Source: an uncultured Candidatus Rokubacteria bacterium
GTDB lineage: Bacteria; Methylomirabilota; Methylomirabilia; Rokubacteriales; DASRDR01
Assembly: GCA_963708025.1 (NCBI GenBank)
Contig: CAVPSB010000032.1
Coordinates: 224,001-288,000 of the forward strand
Length of the DNA: 64,000 nt
Direction of reading: 5' to 3'
Translations under genes and position numbers: made by a program
Part shown: positions 59,197 through 64,000 of the stretch, piece by piece
Numbering within the stretch: position 1 is the first letter of the stretch
Layout of the letters: each line of letters begins with the position of its first letter
Notes under the pieces: generated by a model
Databases searched by the model: none
Told to the model about the DNA's origin: nothing
Seen by the model: the letters and a program-made list of their open reading frames with translations, nothing else

Positions 59197-59973
59197 TCAG
59201 GCTCCGCGGATCTCCGGCGGGAAGAGGCGTCGCTCCAGGCGCTCCAGGAGATGCACGGTGACGGCGCCGAGCGCGACGATCGAGGCGATCGCGGCGTACA
59301 TCTCGGCGTACTCGGCCACCGAGGAGTGATAGGTGATCAGGTCGCCGATCCCGGTGGGCGTGATCAAGAGCTCGGCGATGACGACGCCGATGAACCCCAT
59401 GGCCACGCCCAGGCGCAGGCCGGCGAAGATCAGCCCGGCGGCGTTGGGGAGGACGATCTTCACTACCGCCTGGGCGCGCGTCCCCAGGAAGGCCCGGCAC
59501 ATCTCCAGGAGCGACGGGTGGGTGTTCCGGATGCCCTGGTAGGAGTTCATGGTCACGACCGGGACCGCCAGGACGAGAACGGCCAGCACCTTGGCGGTGA
59601 GCCCGATGCCGTAGACGTAGGTGATCAGCGGGATGATCGCGGCCATCGGCGCGGCCTGGGCAATGACGACGACGGGCAGGCCCAGCCACTCGGCCGCGCG
59701 CGACAATCCCATGGCGATCCCCAGACCGACCCCGAGCCCCGCCGCCAGGACGACCCCGATGGCGAGGGGCTGCAGCGTGGAGGCGTAGGCGCGGACCAGG
59801 GTCCCGTCGGCCGCCAGGCGACCCAGCGCCAGCGCGGTGCGGCTGGCCGGGGGAAAGGCCAGGCTCACCGGCCAGCGCCCCGCCACCTCCCACGCCCCGA
59901 AGACCAGCGCGAACGACGCCGCCAGCCAGAGGGCCTGGGCCGCGGGGCGGCCGCGGGCGGCGCTCGCCGTCAG
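59197..59973 (-). CDS. NitT/TauT ABC transporter permease (probable CTG start)
   Basis: TM profile, LLEMCRAFLG, VIAEL..GIG; first TM extends upstream of the ORF-track start. Confidence 0.85.
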   Translation of the reverse strand: MTASAARGRPAAQALWLAASFALVFGAWEVAGRWPVSLAFPPASRTALALGRLAADGTLVRAYASTLQPLAIGVVLAAGLGVGLGIAMGLSRAAEWLGLPVVVIAQAAPMAAIIPLITYVYGIGLTAKVLAVLVLAVPVVTMNSYQGIRNTHPSLLEMCRAFLGTRAQAVVKIVLPNAAGLIFAGLRLGVAMGFIGVVIAELLITPTGIGDLITYHSSVAEYAEMYAAIASIVALGAVTVHLLERLERRLFPPEIRGA

Positions 59974-59992
59974 CGCCCTCGCTCCCCCCGGC

Positions 59993-60988
59993 CTAGTTGC
60001 CGACCCTAGCCAGGGCGCCCTTGAGCGGGCCGAAGGACCAGAAGTCCTCGACCTTGGCTGCGTCGCCCTGGATCTGACCGGCCAGGCGGAAGAACTCGAG
60101 GTCGGTCTTCGCCGCCCGCTCGCCGCCGCCGTCGGTCGGGAAGATCCCGCCCTGGACCGCCTCCTGGTAGAAGGGGAGGATCTCCGGCTCCAACTTGGCC
60201 GGCAGGTCCTTCAGGAGCCCGAGCCGCTTGCGCTCGTCCAGCACGATGGCGGGGTTCTTGTTGATGGCGCGGTTGACCTTGATCAGCTCCTCGAGGAACA
60301 CGGTGACGGCCGCCTGGTTCTTCTCGAGGAAGTCGGTGGTCGCGAACAGGGCCTCGTCGCTGGCCTTCAGCTCCCCGAGCGGCAGGATCACGAACCGGTC
60401 GGGCGCCTCCTTCATCACGTAGCTCTTGTTGGGGGCATCCAGGATGGTGGCCTTGATGTTGCCCTTGAGCAGCGCCAGCGCCCGGACCTGCGAGCCCGGC
60501 ACGTAGCTCATCGTCTTGTACTTGATCCCGTGCTGCTTGGCAGCCAGCGCCATGATGGCCTCGGTGCCCGAGCCCCGCCCCTGGACCGCGATGTCCTGCC
60601 CGTCCAGGTCCTTCCACGTCTTGTAGTGCTCCTTGCTGACCACCGGGAAGAACTGGAGGGTGCTGAGCTGGTAGAAGAACCGGATCGGCGCCCCCACCTT
60701 CTGGAGGGCGGCGTAGGGGGTTCCCTGGCCGACGTCCGCCTGGCCGTTGATGACCGCCTGGGTGGCGATCTCCTCGCTCTTGAACGCGGTGACCTCGACG
60801 TCCACGCCCCGCGCCTTGGCGCCTTCCACGGCGACGAGAAGCGGGATCTCGTCGATCGAGATCACGTCGCCCAACGCGTAGCGGATCTTAGGGCGGCTCT
60901 GGGCCGCCGGGTCACCCGCGAGCGCGCCAAGCAGGGCGACGACCGCGAACAGCGTGACGACGAGCGTCCATCGAGACCTTGCTCTCAT
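59993..60988 (-). CDS. NMT1/SsuA-like ABC substrate-binding protein
   Basis: Signal peptide, AVINGQAD, DLDGQDIAV, ALLKGNIKA. Confidence 0.88.
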   Translation of the reverse strand: MRARSRWTLVVTLFAVVALLGALAGDPAAQSRPKIRYALGDVISIDEIPLLVAVEGAKARGVDVEVTAFKSEEIATQAVINGQADVGQGTPYAALQKVGAPIRFFYQLSTLQFFPVVSKEHYKTWKDLDGQDIAVQGRGSGTEAIMALAAKQHGIKYKTMSYVPGSQVRALALLKGNIKATILDAPNKSYVMKEAPDRFVILPLGELKASDEALFATTDFLEKNQAAVTVFLEELIKVNRAINKNPAIVLDERKRLGLLKDLPAKLEPEILPFYQEAVQGGIFPTDGGGERAAKTDLEFFRLAGQIQGDAAKVEDFWSFGPLKGALARVGN

Positions 60989-61067
60989 GGGTGTCCTCCT
61001 GATCACGGGCGAGTGGTCCGGTCAGCCGGCCGGGTGGCCGCTCCCGGCGATCATAGCACCTCCGGAG

Positions 61068-61418
61068 CTACGCTTCGATCGGCAGCTCGGGAGCGTCGCC
61101 CCACAGCCGCTCGAGCGCGTAGAACTCGCGCGTCGCGGGCAGGAAGACGTGCACCACGACGTCGCCGTAGTCGAGCAGCATCCACCCCGACTCGGGCACG
61201 CCTTCCCGGTGAAAGACGCGGATCCCCTCGAGCTTCAGGCTCGCCTCGACGGCATCGGCGATGGTGCGAACCTGGGTAGTGGAGTTGCCGCAGCAGATGA
61301 CGAAGTAGTCGGCGATTCCCGAGATTCGCTCGAGGTCCAGCACCAGCAGCGACTCCGCCTTCTTGGCAAGGGCCGCGCGGGCCCCGATGCGGGCCTTCGC
61401 GGTAGCGCTCAGCGGCAT
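61068..61418 (-). CDS. rsfS: ribosome silencing factor
   Basis: DYFVIC, WMLLDYGDVVVHVF, REFYALERLW. Confidence 0.96.
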   Translation of the reverse strand: MPLSATAKARIGARAALAKKAESLLVLDLERISGIADYFVICCGNSTTQVRTIADAVEASLKLEGIRVFHREGVPESGWMLLDYGDVVVHVFLPATREFYALERLWGDAPELPIEA

Positions 61419-61449
61419 GCGGCGGGGGCTCCGGGGCGGCGGAGGCCGT

Positions 61450-62139
61450 TCATGGCTGGCGCGGCTCGGCGTACAGGCGGTGCTGCGCGATGTAGTCGGC
61501 GACGGCCGGCGGGACCAGGTAGCGCACGCTCCGGCCGGCGGTCAGCAGGGCCCGGATCTCCCGGGCCGAGACGGGCAGCGACCGCGTCTCGACCAGCAGG
61601 ACCTCGCCGGGAGCCACCGCCTCGACGACGTCGGCGGGACCCCCGACCGGCGCCACCCGCCGCCAGGCGCGCCGGCCCAGCCGAGCCAGGACCCCGCGGG
61701 CCGCGGCCGATTCGGGATCGAACGGGCTCCCGGCCCGGTAGCCGACCGCGAGCGTCGCCCACGTCGTCAGCCGCTCGGGCGTGTGCCAGGTGAGCAGATC
61801 GAGAAAGGTGTCGCTTCCCATCAGGAAGAAGAGCCGCTCACCCGGCCATTCGCCGGCCAGGGCTTCGAGGGTGTGGACCGAGTAGGACGGACCGCTTCGC
61901 CGGATCTCCACATCGGAGGTCGCGAAGGCCGGGTGGCCGGCCACGGCGAGCGCCGCCATCGCGTAGCGATCGACCGCCGGGGCGACGCCCGGCGCCGCCT
62001 TGTGCGGCGGCGTCCCGGCCGGCACGAACAGAACGCGGTCGAGGCCCAGGCTCTCGCGGAAGGACTCGGCGAGGACGAGGTGGCCGAGATGGATCGGGTT
62101 GAAGGTGCCGCCCAGGATGCCGAGCCGCGACTCCGCCAT
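61450..62139 (-). CDS. nadD: nicotinate-nucleotide adenylyltransferase
   Basis: GGTFNPIHLGH, PPHK, MGSD, SAREIR. Confidence 0.96.
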   Translation of the reverse strand: MAESRLGILGGTFNPIHLGHLVLAESFRESLGLDRVLFVPAGTPPHKAAPGVAPAVDRYAMAALAVAGHPAFATSDVEIRRSGPSYSVHTLEALAGEWPGERLFFLMGSDTFLDLLTWHTPERLTTWATLAVGYRAGSPFDPESAAARGVLARLGRRAWRRVAPVGGPADVVEAVAPGEVLLVETRSLPVSAREIRALLTAGRSVRYLVPPAVADYIAQHRLYAEPRQP

Positions 62140-62211
62140 GCGAGGGTCAGACGAGGACGGCGACCCGACGCGATTCCGTCACGGCCTCTCGGGCGAGACG
62201 CACTCGGCCGG

Positions 62212-63474
62212 CTACTCGCGGATCTGACCGGAGCCCAGCACCACGAACTTGGTGGTCGTCAACTCTACGACGCCGACCGGCCCGCGGGCGTGGAGCTTGG
62301 AGGTCGAGATCCCCAGCTCGGCGCCCATCCCGAATTGACTGCCGTCGCAGAGTCGGGTCGAGGCGTTGACCAGGACGCAGGCCGCGTCCACCTCGGCCAG
62401 GAAGCGGCGAGCGCGGCCGTAGTCACGGGTGACGATCGCCTCGGCGAGCCCGGACCCGTGCTCCCGGACGTGGGCCACCGCGGCGTCGAAGTCGTCCACG
62501 ACCCGCACGGCCAGGATCAGGTCGAGGTACTCGGTCCGCCAGTCCTCGTCGGTGGCGGGCTTGGCCCAGGGGATCAAGGCGCATGTCCGCGGGCAGCCGC
62601 GCAGCTCGACGCCCGCGTCGCGAAGCCGGGCCGCCGCCACGGCGAGGAACGCCTCGGCCACGCCCTGGTGGACGAGCAGGGTCTCCATGGCGTTGCACAC
62701 CCCGGGACGCTGGGCCTTGGCGTTGACCGCGATCTCGGTCGCCATGGCCAGGTCGGCGTCCGCGTCCACGTAGACGTGGCAGAGCCCCTTGTCGTGCTTG
62801 AGGACGGGAATGGTCGCCCGCTCGGCCACCATGCGGATGAACTCCTCCCCGCCCCGCGGGACGATGAGGTCGACGTAGCGGTCGAGGGTCAGGAGGACAT
62901 CGACCGCCTCGCGGTCCGGCACGTCGATGAAGCCGATGGCCTCCGCCGGCAACCCCACCTTCTCCAGCCCCTTGCCCAGGATCGCCGCGATGACCGCGTT
63001 CGACTCGAGCGCCTCCCGTCCACCCCGCAGCACGCAGGCGTTCCCCGCCTTCACGCAGAGGGCCGCCGCGTCGGCGGTGACGTTCGGGCGGCTCTCGTAG
63101 ATGATCGCCACCACGCCGAGGGGCACGCGCACGCGCCCGACTTCCATGCCGTTCGGCCGGCGCCACATCCCCACGGTCTCGCCGACCGGATCGGCCAGCG
63201 CCGCGATCTGGCGGATCCCGGCCGCCATCTCCGCCACCCGCTCGTCGGTCAGGGTCAGCCGGTCCAGGAACGCCCGGGGGTGGCCCTGGCCGCGGGCGCG
63301 CTGGAGGTCGGCGCGGTTGGCCCGGAGGACCGTCGAGACCTTTTCCTCGAGCCCTCGCGCCATCTGCGTCAGCGCGTCGTTCTTCACGCGGGACGAGGCG
63401 AGCGCCAGCGCCCGGGCGGCCTCCCGCGCGGCGCGCCCCCGGGTCTCCACCAGCTCGCGGATGTTGGTGGCCAT
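62212..63474 (-). CDS. proA: gamma-glutamyl phosphate reductase
   Basis: IYESRPNVT, PRGG, VCNAMETLL, ISTSKLHARGP. Confidence 0.97.
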   Translation of the reverse strand: MATNIRELVETRGRAAREAARALALASSRVKNDALTQMARGLEEKVSTVLRANRADLQRARGQGHPRAFLDRLTLTDERVAEMAAGIRQIAALADPVGETVGMWRRPNGMEVGRVRVPLGVVAIIYESRPNVTADAAALCVKAGNACVLRGGREALESNAVIAAILGKGLEKVGLPAEAIGFIDVPDREAVDVLLTLDRYVDLIVPRGGEEFIRMVAERATIPVLKHDKGLCHVYVDADADLAMATEIAVNAKAQRPGVCNAMETLLVHQGVAEAFLAVAAARLRDAGVELRGCPRTCALIPWAKPATDEDWRTEYLDLILAVRVVDDFDAAVAHVREHGSGLAEAIVTRDYGRARRFLAEVDAACVLVNASTRLCDGSQFGMGAELGISTSKLHARGPVGVVELTTTKFVVLGSGQIRE

Positions 63475-63538
63475 GAGCGCCCCTAGAGTATCACGAGGTG
63501 GTGGCCCACCCGGCCCCGCGTGGAGTCCGGGTAGTGTC

Positions 63539-63658
63539 TCAGTTTGAAAGCCAGCCGGTCAGGAGCCAAACGAGATCTCCTATGACGTAGACGGCGAGCA
63601 GGGCGGCGGCCGTGCCGCATGTGATAGCAGCGAGCGCAATGAGAAGGCGCCAATCCAG
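63539..63658 (-). other. possible 39-aa membrane peptide ORF (CTG start, atypical codons)
   Basis: My translation (L/M)DWRLLIALAAITCGTAAALLAVYVIGDLVWLLTGWLSN*; many A/T-ending codons. Confidence 0.35.
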
Positions 63659-63674
63659 CCGCCCACTGCACCCC

Positions 63675-63798
63675 GCGCCGGGCCGAGACCCGAGCAGCCC
63701 TAGGACGCAGGGAGTCGCCGACCGGAGGCGTACTCCGAGTACGCCGAGGATCGGCGACGACCGAGGACGACGGGATGCGACGGGTCTCGGCCCGGCGC
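63675..63798 (-). repeat. family B repeat copy 4 (minimal, module-free)
   Basis: Perfect 18-bp TIR GCGCCGGGCCGAGACCCG / CGGGTCTCGGCCCGGCGC around the family B core. Confidence 0.9.
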
Positions 63799-64000
63799 TA
63801 CAGGATCACGAGGTCGTCGCGGTGGATGACCTCGTCCACCACCCGGTAGCCGAGCAGGCGCTCGATGTGGCTCGTCTTCGCGCCCCGGAGCAGACCCACC
63901 TCGCGCGCGTCGTAGTTGACGATCCCCCGGGCGAACTCGCGCCCCTCGGCGTCGCGGACGGAGACCGCGTCCCCCGCCGAGAACTCGCCGTTGACCTTGA
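63798..64000 (-). CDS. proB: glutamate 5-kinase, C-terminal PUA domain (partial)
   Basis: My translation ..VNGEFSAGDAV..EFARGIVNY..LLGYRVVDEVIHRDDLVIL*; upstream of proA. Confidence 0.93.
   Translation of the reverse strand, partial: KVNGEFSAGDAVSVRDAEGREFARGIVNYDAREVGLLRGAKTSHIERLLGYRVVDEVIHRDDLVIL

Overview
Core-genome window of a very GC-rich diderm bacterium. Gene content and style suggest Methylomirabilota/Rokubacteria, but this is an inference that needs 16S classification. Almost all genes are on the minus strand. The first part holds a tRNA-less rRNA operon (16S and partial 23S), tyrS, a class A PBP, phoH-ybeY-era-recO, hisS-aspS, a near-identical 1.9 kb tandem duplication of a porin-like gene and pccB-mcm. 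The rest holds an unusual lipA-nuoA..K-pdhABC-lpdA-U32 run with no nuoLMN, tRNA-Leu(GAG), an Opp/Dpp transporter, gap-pgk-tpiA-secG, comF, a dksA-like gene, a NitT/TauT ABC transporter and proB-proA-nadD-rsfS. About seven genes carry single frameshifts that look like long-read errors. The most novel signal is non-coding: intergenic spaces are filled by a modular system of palindromic repeats (families A, B, C). A 20-bp GNA-triloop hairpin module occurs ten times and is present or absent at defined sites in families B and C. Families A and B start immediately after stop codons in the sense orientation. Also present are a CTAG-flanked MITE and a duplicated proB 3' end enclosing a foreign-looking small membrane ORF. 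No CRISPR array, transposase or integrase was seen.
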